Assembly: GCA_048885925.1 (NCBI GenBank)
Contig: JBHLLG010000036.1
Span: forward strand, 1-26,177
Source: Candidatus Hermodarchaeota archaeon
GTDB taxonomy: Archaea; Asgardarchaeota; Lokiarchaeia; Sigyniarchaeales; SOKP01
DNA length: 26,177 nt
Reading direction: 5' to 3'
Position 1 is the stretch's first letter. Each line of letters begins with the position of its first letter. Below the pieces are notes generated by a model. That model had not been told where the DNA came from and made no database searches. It saw only the letters and a program-made list of their open reading frames with translations. Positions 1 through 9,511 of this stretch are shown one piece after another. The position numbers were made by a program, and so were the translations under genes.

Positions 1-13
1 AGAGGTTAGAAAC

Positions 14-1135
14 ATAAAAATAGCTAAAATTTATGGAATTGAAATAAAACTCCATTTTTCGACATTATTAATTATAGGGCTTGTTGGCTTTTATTCAATT
101 AATTTCTATCTTTCTATTATACCAAATGCGCCTTTAATAGAATTAATATTTGTTGGGTTATTGAATGGAATAATTTTATTGATCTCTGTATTGATTCATG
201 AATTAAGTCATTCAATAGTAGCGCAGAGATATGGTCTTAGAGTAACGGAAATTGAACTTTATTTATTTGGTGGTGTTTCAAAAATTGAGGAAGAACCAAG
301 AACTCCGAAATCTGAAATGATTATTTCAATAGTTGGCCCATTATCAAGCTTTCTTATAGGGGTGGGATTATTGTCTTTACTATTCTTACCGATAAATCTT
401 CCATTAATTATTTCTGTAACTCTTATGTATTCTGGTATCTCAAATATTGTGTTAAGTGTTTTTAATTTATTACCAGCGTTTCCAATTGATGGAGGGAGAA
501 TATTACGAGCATTCTTATGGAAACGCAAAAATGATATATTATCTGCAACAAAAATTGCGTCAAAGGTGGGTTTGTTTATTGGTTACGGATTAATATTTTA
601 TGGATTTTTTCAATCCTTCGTTTTTAGCTTATTCAGCGGAATATGGCTAATAATGATGGGTATATTTTTGAATTCTTCAACAAGACAATCATATATTCAA
701 ACTAAAAATGAAGTAATTTTATCTAAAGTTAACATTAAAAAGATGCTTACTATATCAAATTTAGAAATTCCTTTTAGTATTCCATTAGATCTTGCTTTTA
801 TAGAATATTTTATTCGATATAGGAAGTCATATTTCCCCGTCATTAAAGGAGAAGATATTATAGGAATAATACATATTGATGATATTACAAGAATACCTGT
901 GTTGCAAAGACCAAACTATATAGTAGGAGATATAATGAGAAATGTTTCTGATTTTCCATCAATAGATGATAATAAATCAGGAAAAGAAGCGTTGAAAAAT
1001 CTAAGATTAATGGGTAATATTCCTCATATTATTGCAGTAAAGAACAAAGATACTCAAGAATTAATTGGTTTTCTTGGAGAAGAAGAATTAATCTCTTTTT
1101 TAAATTTCTGGAATCTAAAAACTCATAATTCTTAG
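14..1135 (+). CDS. Site-2 protease (peptidase M50) with C-terminal CBS-domain pair
   Basis: HELSH zinc motif, GP.SS and FNLLPAFPIDGGR (NxxPxxxxDG) motifs, hydrophobic helices, CBS-like tail (YFPVIKGEDIIGIIHIDD, VGDIM). Frame is open from base 2. The family-typical N-terminus KIAKIYGIEIKLHFS lies upstream of the called TTG at 161. ATA at 14 follows GAGGT (2-6), but the true start could also lie before the window. Confidence 0.9.
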   Translation: MKIAKIYGIEIKLHFSTLLIIGLVGFYSINFYLSIIPNAPLIELIFVGLLNGIILLISVLIHELSHSIVAQRYGLRVTEIELYLFGGVSKIEEEPRTPKSEMIISIVGPLSSFLIGVGLLSLLFLPINLPLIISVTLMYSGISNIVLSVFNLLPAFPIDGGRILRAFLWKRKNDILSATKIASKVGLFIGYGLIFYGFFQSFVFSLFSGIWLIMMGIFLNSSTRQSYIQTKNEVILSKVNIKKMLTISNLEIPFSIPLDLAFIEYFIRYRKSYFPVIKGEDIIGIIHIDDITRIPVLQRPNYIVGDIMRNVSDFPSIDDNKSGKEALKNLRLMGNIPHIIAVKNKDTQELIGFLGEEELISFLNFWNLKTHNS

Positions 1136-1186
1136 CTAAATAAGATTAATTAAAAATTATTTCTTTTCTTTTAATTTAAATAAATT

Positions 1187-1732
1187 TTAAGATGATAAAT
1201 TGAATTGTTTATAAAAGTTAAGTTCCTCAACACATACATCTTTCTCAGCGTCGTTTTCAAGAAAATTGATCTCAATTTTTCTTATCTTTTTTCCTAATAA
1301 TTTTTGAAATGCTGTTTCAAAATATCCCTTATTGATTCTACAAAACGCCTTTCCATATTTTAACTTTTCTCGATGACTAATTGGTTTGCGTAAAAAACAG
1401 TGATTTTCAATAACTATTCGTATTTTATCTTCATATTGTTCAATGTTTCTTATCTTAATCGAATAAAATTCTTTTAATTCATCCATTAAGATTACTAAAG
1501 CTTCCATTATTTCAAATTCTTCTTGGCCATATTCCCTTTTTATTCTTTCCGCAATAATTGTTCCTGGAAAAGCTCCAGTCTGATACAAAATCGAAAGTAA
1601 ACTATTTCGGCCAAAAACATCAAACACTTTATAGACTAAAGATTCAGATATAATTTCAAAACCTTTAACTGAATTAATATTTTCAATTGGATTTTGTATT
1701 CTCTGATTTATTTCCTTTATATAATCTTCCAC
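1187..1732 (-). CDS. V4R / Bet3-like fold hypothetical protein
   Basis: 181 aa, GTG start; LYQTG..G..IA helix, then ENHCFL...FCRINKGYFE.AF..LLG...C pattern typical of V4R-type domains. Family call is by motif recognition only. Confidence 0.6.
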   Translation of the reverse strand: MEDYIKEINQRIQNPIENINSVKGFEIISESLVYKVFDVFGRNSLLSILYQTGAFPGTIIAERIKREYGQEEFEIMEALVILMDELKEFYSIKIRNIEQYEDKIRIVIENHCFLRKPISHREKLKYGKAFCRINKGYFETAFQKLLGKKIRKIEINFLENDAEKDVCVEELNFYKQFNLSS

Positions 1733-1853
1733 TAGAAAATACCCCTAGTTTCACAAATTAAATCAAAAACTCTTAGGTGTTAATAAATAAATATAGCTCT
1801 TGATCTATTTAAAGAGTAATTTAAAAAAAATTTTAGTTATTAAAGAACAAATA

Positions 1854-2597
1854 TTATAGAATTGCTGTTTTTCTTTGGAATAATATTATCCCCAGAAGAA
1901 TTAAACCTATACCCCATATAGTAATCAACAATAAATTTAATCCAACTGGATCAAATGCAACACTTCCATCGATCATTACAGCTGTCATTGCCCTTAGTGC
2001 TAAAGATGTTGGTATAAATTCCAGAAGTACTAAATCAGGATTAACTAACAATCCTCCCAAAAATTGGAGTGGTAGAATGATAAACCATGCAAGTCCCCCA
2101 GCAGAGCTAGCAGTTTTCACAAATGAGGCAAGTAATAAACCAAATCCAAGAGAACTAAATGCAACTAAAAAAGGAATTAAAAATACCAAAAAGAGATTTG
2201 CCTCACGGTGATAATAAGCTCCAAATAAAAGACTCAGGAGAATCATAATTAATATTTGTATTATTGCTACTATTAATTGGGAAAACAATCCAGATAATAA
2301 TATGGACTGTCGTGAAACGGGAGTTGTAATTAATCGTTGTAATGTTCCTGATTCCTTTTCATCAGCAAAATGCCCTGCTAATTGTGAAATCAAAACTATC
2401 GGCCCTATAATGGCAACACCCGGTGCCATAAATTCATAAACTTCAGCACCGTAAGCAAACCTAAACAAAAGCATGAAGATCAAAGGATATCCAAATATCC
2501 AAATTAACTGACTTACCTCACGGATCATCGACTTGAAGTTTTTTATTGTTAAATACCAAAGCTGTGAAGTAGTTTTCGGATTTAATCTTTGTTCCAT
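1854..2597 (-). CDS. ABC-2 type exporter permease
   Basis: About six TM segments, DEKESGTLQRLITTPV motif; start overlaps the ATPase stop (TAATG) at 2597. Confidence 0.92.
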   Translation of the reverse strand: MEQRLNPKTTSQLWYLTIKNFKSMIREVSQLIWIFGYPLIFMLLFRFAYGAEVYEFMAPGVAIIGPIVLISQLAGHFADEKESGTLQRLITTPVSRQSILLSGLFSQLIVAIIQILIMILLSLLFGAYYHREANLFLVFLIPFLVAFSSLGFGLLLASFVKTASSAGGLAWFIILPLQFLGGLLVNPDLVLLEFIPTSLALRAMTAVMIDGSVAFDPVGLNLLLITIWGIGLILLGIILFQRKTAIL

Positions 2598-3535
2598 TAA
2601 TCTCTCAACCTCCTACCTGTAATATCAATAAATACATCCTCTAATGTGTTTTTACGAACAGAAATATCTTCCATTTTTACTTTTACAACATCCATGATTT
2701 CAGAAACTCGTCTGAGTCCATCAAGAGCATTAAGAACAATTCTATGTTTTCCAACTGGTTTTCCCCATTTAACAAAATCTAGTGATTTTGCCCGCTCAAT
2801 AATCTCATCTCGTTGTTCTATCTCTTTAACCTTAAATTCTAATATATCTCCTTCTCCTAGTGTTCCTTTTAGTTCATCTGGTGTACCCTTGGTTATAATT
2901 TTCCCATAATCTATTATAACAAGTTCATCCGAAAGATCATCTGCTTCTTCCATACTATGTGTTGTTAAAATAATAGTACATTCTTTTTGTTGAAAATCTC
3001 GAATAAAATCCCATACCACCCGACGCGATTGCGGATCTAGACCTGCTGTAGGTTCATCAAAAAATAATAACTCTGGTTCATGAACCACCGCCATTAATAC
3101 ATTTATTCGCCGTTTCATACCACCTGAAAAATTCTTAACTAAAGAATTTGCCCTATCTAACAAATTCATTTTCCCTAACAATTCATCAGTTCTTTCTTTA
3201 TAATCTTTTTTTGCCATTCCATGCATTTGGGCAATTAAATGAATATTTTCTCTTGCTGTTAAACGTGGATAAAGAACGAGTTCTTGTGGACATACTCCAA
3301 TTCGTCTCTTAATCTCACGAGCATCGTTTTTGATATCAAATCCTAAAACTGTAGCATTACCATCAGTTGGATGTAAAATTGTAGATAACATTCTAATAGT
3401 TGTTGTTTTTCCTGCTCCATTAGGACCAAGAACTCCATATAATGACCCTTTTTGTATCTGTATATCTATTCCATCGACAGCGTGAATGGTACCAAAATAT
3501 TTTTTTAGATTATGAGTTTCAATTGCTAATTCCAT
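2597..3535 (-). CDS. ABC-2 exporter ATP-binding protein (DrrA-like)
   Basis: Walker A GPNGAGKTT, signature FSGGMKRR, Walker B FFDEPTAGLDP, H-loop LTTHSMEEAD, C-terminal TLEDVFIDITG. Confidence 0.95.
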   Translation of the reverse strand: MELAIETHNLKKYFGTIHAVDGIDIQIQKGSLYGVLGPNGAGKTTTIRMLSTILHPTDGNATVLGFDIKNDAREIKRRIGVCPQELVLYPRLTARENIHLIAQMHGMAKKDYKERTDELLGKMNLLDRANSLVKNFSGGMKRRINVLMAVVHEPELLFFDEPTAGLDPQSRRVVWDFIRDFQQKECTIILTTHSMEEADDLSDELVIIDYGKIITKGTPDELKGTLGEGDILEFKVKEIEQRDEIIERAKSLDFVKWGKPVGKHRIVLNALDGLRRVSEIMDVVKVKMEDISVRKNTLEDVFIDITGRRLRD

Positions 3536-3581
3536 AAATTACACTTGATTAATATTTAAAATATATATTGTTAGTTGTAAT

Positions 3582-3593
3582 TTGTTATAACAA
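3582..3593. promoter_or_regulatory. Perfect 12-bp palindrome TTGTTATAACAA, candidate operator of the ABC-2 exporter operon
   Basis: Perfect palindrome 47-58 bp upstream of the ATPase start (3535); function inferred from position only. Confidence 0.35.
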
Positions 3594-3660
3594 TATAAAT
3601 CTTACTAACTTAATTTATAGATGGAAAGGCGAATTTTCAAGTAATGAAGTGTTATTAATT

Positions 3661-4137
3661 TTAATTGTTAAGAAAGATGATTTTTTCTATTGCTTTTCTA
3701 ACATTTTCATCAAGAATTTTTAAAACCTTTTTATAAGTGCTATTTGAAGTATAATAAGGATCGATTATATCTAAATCGTCAGGTTCTCCGTTAAATTCTT
3801 TCAATGTAAAGGTTTTTTTATCAATATCTTTAACATTATTAAATACATTCTTGATTTCTTTCGAATGATTATACTCCATTGTAAGGATTAAATCTTGTTT
3901 TTCTAATAATTTACGATTAATTATTTTGGGTGTAAAGTCTGAATGGTTAATTCCTTTAGAATCCAAGAAAATACGAGATTCTGCTTGCATATAACCAAAA
4001 GCGTTGATAAAACCACAGGAATCAAATTGTAAATCAGCATTAAGTTTTTTAGCATAATAACGACCTAAGTATTCTGCTGCTGGAGATCTTGCTGTATTAC
4101 CTAGACATACAAAGAGAACATTCTTAATTTTACTCAC
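3661..4137 (-). CDS. Low-molecular-weight protein phosphatase (LMW-PTP family), paralog 2
   Basis: P-loop VLFVCLGNTARSP (CX5R), DS.G, DLILTME, general-acid loop DIIDPYY; GTG start. Confidence 0.9.
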   Translation of the reverse strand: MSKIKNVLFVCLGNTARSPAAEYLGRYYAKKLNADLQFDSCGFINAFGYMQAESRIFLDSKGINHSDFTPKIINRKLLEKQDLILTMEYNHSKEIKNVFNNVKDIDKKTFTLKEFNGEPDDLDIIDPYYTSNSTYKKVLKILDENVRKAIEKIIFLNN

Positions 4138-4321
4138 AGTTAATCATATATTAATAAAAGTATATTTAAAATAAAATTTATGGGAAATTATTAAATAAAA
4201 GATTGACCTAAGGAATATTACAGAAACCAATATAATCTATTCTTATGAGAAATGAATCAATAAGAAACTGGTTAATGAGGGTATTTACAAGAGATATAAA
4301 TTTACCCAAGGCTACAATAAT

Positions 4322-4825
4322 TTATTCATTTTTTTCTGATGTGTTTTTTTCAATAATTTTATTAATAACTTTCAGAACTCCATCCTCAATTCTTTTAAGA
4401 ATCTTATTATATTCTTCTTGCTCTGCATAAAAGGGATCTTGAATCTCTAAGTTTTCCTTTTCACCAGCAAATTCTAATAATAAAAAGACTTTTTTATCTA
4501 AATCTACATTTTTAAATCTTCTTTTTAACTTATTAATATGTCTTTTTTGCTCAAAAGTTAAGATTAAATCTTGCTTATTTACTAAATTCTCATCTATTCT
4601 TTTAGTTTTAAAACGACTAATATCAATTTCTTTTGTTTTTAAGTAATTGACTGTACCCTCTTGAGCAGTCTCATAATAATGATAAAGTCCAGCAGAATCA
4701 AAATTAACGCCTCTTAATTCGTTTTTATACTTTACATTTTTCAACCATTTTGCATATTCAGCTGCAAATGGCGATCGACATGTGTTGCCAGCACAAAGAA
4801 AAAGGACATTTCGTATTTTTGGCAT
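4322..4825 (-). CDS. Low-molecular-weight protein phosphatase (LMW-PTP family), paralog 1
   Basis: P-loop VLFLCAGNTCRSP, DSAG, DLILTFE, EIQDPFY. Confidence 0.92.
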   Translation of the reverse strand: MPKIRNVLFLCAGNTCRSPFAAEYAKWLKNVKYKNELRGVNFDSAGLYHYYETAQEGTVNYLKTKEIDISRFKTKRIDENLVNKQDLILTFEQKRHINKLKRRFKNVDLDKKVFLLLEFAGEKENLEIQDPFYAEQEEYNKILKRIEDGVLKVINKIIEKNTSEKNE

Positions 4826-5108
4826 AGACTTTTAATAAAAATTTTGTTTTATTAGAAAATTTAATTTAGAACAAGAATCTCTTAAAAGAATTCTTTTTAC
4901 AACTTAATTAATTACTAATTTTTCTTCTCAAAAAAAAATTATGAACTGAGAGAAAAAATCAATATTTAATTACAAAAAACCATTAGAATCTTCTTAATTT
5001 ATATAAAATTCTTTAAAAATTATTCACAGAAAGGAATAAATTTTTAATTTAATTATGAGTATTTAATTATAATTTGTCATTAAAAAAGAGGAAAAACGTA
5101 AAAATCTA

Positions 5109-6680
5109 TTGAAGTTAAAAACAGATTTCTTAATTATCGGCAGTGGAATTTCCGGTCTTTCTCTTGCGAATTATCTTTCTAAATTACTACCCGAAGAAAA
5201 TGTTTTATTGATCACCAAAGAACGTTTACATGAAAGTAGTACATTTCATGCCCAAGGAGGAATCGCATGTGTTTGGAATAGTAATGATAGCTTTAAGAAG
5301 CATATTCAAGATACACTTATTGCTGGAGATGGATTATGTGATGAAATTATTGTAAGAAAAATAGTTAATCAAGCGCCAGATAGGATTAAAGATCTAATAG
5401 AATTAGGAATTAATTTTACTCGTAATGAAAGTGGGGAGTATGATTTAGGACAAGAAGGAGGACACTCAGTAAGAAGAATACTTCATGTTAATGATCAAAC
5501 AGGTCAAAATGTTGAACAATCATTAATAAACAAAGTAAAAAAGCTCGAAAATCTTGAAATTAAAGAAAAATGGTGTGGCGTTAATCTCTATGTAAAAAAC
5601 TTGAAATGCTACGGGGCATATGTTTTAGAGCAGGAAACAGAAGAAATTCATAACATTGCTTCAAAGGCTACCATTTTGGCAACTGGTGGTGCAGGTAAAT
5701 GTTATTTATATACTACAAATCCAGATACAATTTCTGGAGATGGTATAGCTATGGCTTATAGGGCAGGTGCTATGATATCTAACTTGGAATTTTACCAATT
5801 TCACCCAACATGCTTGTATCATCCATACGCAAAATCTTTCTTGATTACAGAAGCAATGAGAGGAGAAGGGGCTATTTTGAAAGATGTAAAAGGAAATAAA
5901 TTTATGGAAAAGTACCATCCTCAGAAAGACTTAGCTCCTCGAGATATTGTTTCAAGAGCTATTGATGCAGAGTTGAAGAAATCTGGCAATGATTATGTCT
6001 ATTTGGATATTGCTTCATATAAAGATGCAGACTTTATTAGAAATCATTTTCCTGGAATTTATGAAAATTGTTTGGAGTTCAATATTGACATTACTAAAGA
6101 CCCTATTCCTGTAGTTCCTGCAGCTCATTATTGTTGCGGAGGTGTATTAGCCGGAATTGAAGGTACTACTGAGATAAAAAATTTATATGTTATTGGAGAA
6201 GCTGCTTGTACAGGTTTTCATGGAGCAAATAGGTTAGCAAGCAATTCATTACTTGAAGGTTTGGCTGGAGCATATGAATGCGCCAACTTTTTATCCAAAA
6301 ATATCCGCAATTTGAAAATCAAAGAATTCCCGGAATGGGAGGTTGGGGATGCAGTTCCTTCCAGTGAAGCAGTTGTTATAACACAAAATTGGGACGAAAT
6401 TAGAATGATCATGCAAAATTTTGTAGGTATTGTGAGATCGGATATGCGATTAAAAAGAGCACTTAAACGTATGAATATCTTTTCAGAAGAAATAGATTAT
6501 TACTATTGGAATTATAAGATTGAAAAAAATTTAATTGAATTAAGAAATTTATCGATGGTGGCAGAGCTCTTAGTTAGATGTGCATTATCTAGAAAAGAGA
6601 GTAGAGGAACTCATTTTAATGAGGATCATCCAGATAAATTAGGATTAGCTCGAAATTCACATATCAAAAGACCTTGGTGA
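5109..6680 (+). CDS. nadB: L-aspartate oxidase
   Basis: FAD motif IIGSGISGL, AQGGIA, EGGHSVRRILH, QFHPT, LITEAMRGEG, APRDIVSRAI, HGANRLASNSLLEG, ESRG.H; TTG start downstream of GAGG. Confidence 0.96.
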   Translation: MKLKTDFLIIGSGISGLSLANYLSKLLPEENVLLITKERLHESSTFHAQGGIACVWNSNDSFKKHIQDTLIAGDGLCDEIIVRKIVNQAPDRIKDLIELGINFTRNESGEYDLGQEGGHSVRRILHVNDQTGQNVEQSLINKVKKLENLEIKEKWCGVNLYVKNLKCYGAYVLEQETEEIHNIASKATILATGGAGKCYLYTTNPDTISGDGIAMAYRAGAMISNLEFYQFHPTCLYHPYAKSFLITEAMRGEGAILKDVKGNKFMEKYHPQKDLAPRDIVSRAIDAELKKSGNDYVYLDIASYKDADFIRNHFPGIYENCLEFNIDITKDPIPVVPAAHYCCGGVLAGIEGTTEIKNLYVIGEAACTGFHGANRLASNSLLEGLAGAYECANFLSKNIRNLKIKEFPEWEVGDAVPSSEAVVITQNWDEIRMIMQNFVGIVRSDMRLKRALKRMNIFSEEIDYYYWNYKIEKNLIELRNLSMVAELLVRCALSRKESRGTHFNEDHPDKLGLARNSHIKRPW

Positions 6681-6761
6681 AAAAGAATAAATAGCGTTTT
6701 ATTCCTATAATTTTAAATTTTAAAAGTCATTTATATTGATAAGTTCAAACTCGATGAAAAT

Positions 6762-8000
6762 ATGAATGTACATCCTTTTTTTAGAAAAAAAATTGAAAAT
6801 TTTCCCGAAGATCACCAATTTAGAGTAATTATTTCGTTTGAAGATCCTTCAAATCGAGATAAATTTATTGAAAAAAATAAAGATTTGAATATATTAGATA
6901 AATTTTATTTAATACCTTCAATTGTGTTAAATTTAGAGAAGAAACAAATTATCAACTACGAAAAAGAAGATTCAATTCTTAATATTGAAGAAGACCAAAA
7001 ACTGTTCCTTTCAATGTTAGATGTAATTGAGATTTTAGAACTAAATGATTATAAAAACTCTCAGATTGTATATACTGGAAAAAATGTAACCATCGGGATT
7101 ATTGATGATGGAATTATGAAAGGTATTCCCTCTATAACCAAGAATAGTAGAAAGGAAAGAACTCGCAAAGATTTATATAAAATAGATGATCTATCTCATG
7201 GAACAGTAATGGCAAGTATAATTAAAAATCAATTCAAAGATATTGATGATAATTACATAGGAATTGCTCCGAACGTGGACATTATTGATTTTAAGATTTT
7301 AAATTCTAATCAGGATTGTTATTTTTCAGATGTTTTAAGAATTTTCGATAGAATTGAAAAAGAAAAGATTAAGGTTGATATTTTATTAATTTCCTTAACT
7401 TCAAAAAGCCCCTCTGATGGTAAAGACATTTTATCTCTAGCATGTAATCTTATTAATGATAAGGGTATTATTATAGTATGCCCAGCAGGGAATTTTGGAT
7501 CAAATCAACAAACAATTGGTAGTCCAGGGGCAACAGATAAGGTTTTTACTATTGGATCTTTAACAAAAGAACTTGATATATGTAATTTTAGTGGAAGAGG
7601 TCCCACTTTAGATGGAAGAGTAAAGCCAGATTTATGTTTATATGGTTCAAATGTAATAGTCCCTCTATATCATAACTTAAGAGTAAATGTCTCTGGAACT
7701 AGTGTTTCAGCCTCGATATTCGTAGGATTAATTGTTTTACTTAAAGAATTTGATCCAACTTTGACCTACAATGAAATTAATGAATTATTAAAAAAATCTT
7801 GTATTGATTTAGGGTATGAACCTAATGTTCAAGGCTTGGGAACCTTAAAAGTAACAGATCTCTTTAAGAAATTAGACCTATTTCACAAAAAAATATACTC
7901 TTATAATTACTTAATCAAAAAATCTCTTAAATTTTCAATTGGAGTTTTTATAATATTAATAATTTTGTTCTATTTTGTTTACTTTTTTAGAATTTCCTAA
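6762..8000 (+). CDS. S8 subtilisin-like serine protease with N-terminal propeptide and C-terminal membrane anchor
   Basis: Catalytic Asp (IIDDG), His (SHGTVMAS), oxyanion Asn (PAGN), Ser (SGTSVS); FSGRGPTLDGRVKPD; C-terminal hydrophobic FSIGVFIILIILFYFVYFF. Confidence 0.9.
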   Translation: MNVHPFFRKKIENFPEDHQFRVIISFEDPSNRDKFIEKNKDLNILDKFYLIPSIVLNLEKKQIINYEKEDSILNIEEDQKLFLSMLDVIEILELNDYKNSQIVYTGKNVTIGIIDDGIMKGIPSITKNSRKERTRKDLYKIDDLSHGTVMASIIKNQFKDIDDNYIGIAPNVDIIDFKILNSNQDCYFSDVLRIFDRIEKEKIKVDILLISLTSKSPSDGKDILSLACNLINDKGIIIVCPAGNFGSNQQTIGSPGATDKVFTIGSLTKELDICNFSGRGPTLDGRVKPDLCLYGSNVIVPLYHNLRVNVSGTSVSASIFVGLIVLLKEFDPTLTYNEINELLKKSCIDLGYEPNVQGLGTLKVTDLFKKLDLFHKKIYSYNYLIKKSLKFSIGVFIILIILFYFVYFFRIS

Positions 8001-8030
8001 TTAGAAGATGAAATAGAGAGGCGGTTTGAA

Positions 8031-8567
8031 ATTTTTCCAATATTCCATGCTGCTTTCCCGCTATTATTAGCAGAAATTCCCCAAATAAAGAAATTTAAAA
8101 TAAATAAATTTTCTCTATTAATTGGTTCACTCCTCCCTGATATAATAGACAAACCAATTTTTCTTTTTGGTTTGGGAAATGGACGTTTTTTTTCACATAA
8201 TCTATTATTTATAATAATAAGTTTTTTGATCGTTCATCTAATATCTAAAAGAAAATTACATGTTTCTTTCCCATTTTTAGTGGGCTTGACATTTCATATG
8301 TTATTAGATTTACCTTATGTCCCCCTTTTTTATCCTTTTGTCTCATATAACTTTATTTCCATCGAAGAACCATTACAATATTGGCTTAAAACATTATTAA
8401 CAAATCCATTTATAATCATTACAGAAGTGATGGGAGTTTTGGGTCTTTTTTTTATTTTTATAAAAAATAAGTTGTATTATATCAAAGAGATCATGAATTA
8501 TCTAAAAGGAATTAATTATGAGGTAATTCAGAAGCAGAGTGAAAATAATAATCTAGTAAAACTCTAA
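8031..8567 (+). CDS. Membrane-bound metal-dependent hydrolase (YbcI/DUF457-like)
   Basis: Frame is open upstream of the called TTG at 8172 and encodes IFPIFHAAFP...GSLLPDIIDKP, followed by GRFFSHNL and FHMLLD (H / PD..D / R..H / H..LD family pattern). Start placed at ATT 8031 after GAGAGGCGGT. Confidence 0.8.
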   Translation: MFPIFHAAFPLLLAEIPQIKKFKINKFSLLIGSLLPDIIDKPIFLFGLGNGRFFSHNLLFIIISFLIVHLISKRKLHVSFPFLVGLTFHMLLDLPYVPLFYPFVSYNFISIEEPLQYWLKTLLTNPFIIITEVMGVLGLFFIFIKNKLYYIKEIMNYLKGINYEVIQKQSENNNLVKL

Positions 8568-8657
8568 AATTTTTCAATTAAAAATATTAAAATTAATAGT
8601 TTAATAACTTAAATGTGAAATATTTAATACATTACTCATTAATTTTTAAATTGTAGA

Positions 8658-9398
8658 ATGAGTCAAAATAAACTACTCCATGTCATTATTGATAATAGAG
8701 AACAAAAATTAATGGCTTTATTAGATAATAAAAAAGATACAATAACCTATGAATCAAAACAACTAGATATAGCAGATATTGTCATTTCTAACGAAGTTGC
8801 TATTGAAAGAAAAGAAGGTTTCGATTTTATTGCTTCAATAATGGATAATAGGTTATTTGAACAATTACTTCGTTTAAAAGATACGTATGAATATCCAATC
8901 TTAATATTAGAAGGTTTAAATGATGAGGTATTTGAAAATACTGGCATGAAACTCTCATCGATCTACGGCGCCCTTGCTTTTATTTCATATAAATTAGGAA
9001 TTTCTGTAATTCCAACTAGGAATTTAGAAGATACAGCAATAGTTGTTGAAAGAATTGCTCATAGAGAACAAGTAAAAGATAGTTCACCAATATTTTCAAG
9101 AAAAGCCCCAAAACAGATGTCTAAAAAGGAAAGAAGATCTTTCATCATAGAGGGTTTAGCAGATATTGGTCCTAAAAAAGCGAATGCATTAATTGATAAA
9201 TTTAAAAATCCTTATCAAGTGTTTAAAGCAATAAAAAGGACGGAAATTACTTATACGAGGACTGGAAATCCTAAAGGTATTCGAGGGCCCCTAGAAGATC
9301 TAACTGGATTTGGTTGGAAATTTGTTGAGAAAAATCAAAGACTTCTTTTTGGGAAGAAAAAAAAAAGCCCTCAAAAAAAAATTAATGATCAATATTGA
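8658..9398 (+). CDS. xpf: Short XPF/Mus81-family (ERCC4 domain + HhH) structure-specific endonuclease
   Basis: IIDNRE, ADIVIS..VAIERK..DF..SI.D.RL.EQ (ERKX3D motif), LILEG, HhH IGPKKA; no helicase domain. Confidence 0.88.
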   Translation: MSQNKLLHVIIDNREQKLMALLDNKKDTITYESKQLDIADIVISNEVAIERKEGFDFIASIMDNRLFEQLLRLKDTYEYPILILEGLNDEVFENTGMKLSSIYGALAFISYKLGISVIPTRNLEDTAIVVERIAHREQVKDSSPIFSRKAPKQMSKKERRSFIIEGLADIGPKKANALIDKFKNPYQVFKAIKRTEITYTRTGNPKGIRGPLEDLTGFGWKFVEKNQRLLFGKKKKSPQKKINDQY

Positions 9399-9511
9399 TA
9401 ATCAATTCCATACTTCAAAAATTTTAATTTAATTCATTACCTCTAATCCTATATCTTTATTAGTTATTTACTAATCAAACTAATATCGATTAGAATTATT
9501 CAAAAAGGAAA

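Noticed and set aside
4245-4430. 61-aa + strand ORF between the phosphatases
   Set aside because: Overlaps the phosphatase gene antisense by over 100 bp; no recognisable motif.
5109-6680. nadB without adjacent nadA/nadC
   Set aside because: Dispersed NAD-biosynthesis genes are common; the partners may be elsewhere in the genome.
7998-8030. Stop-codon readthrough fusing the subtilase to the in-frame hydrolase
   Set aside because: The stop is TAA, and an SD-like sequence plus ATT at 8031 explains the downstream gene more simply.
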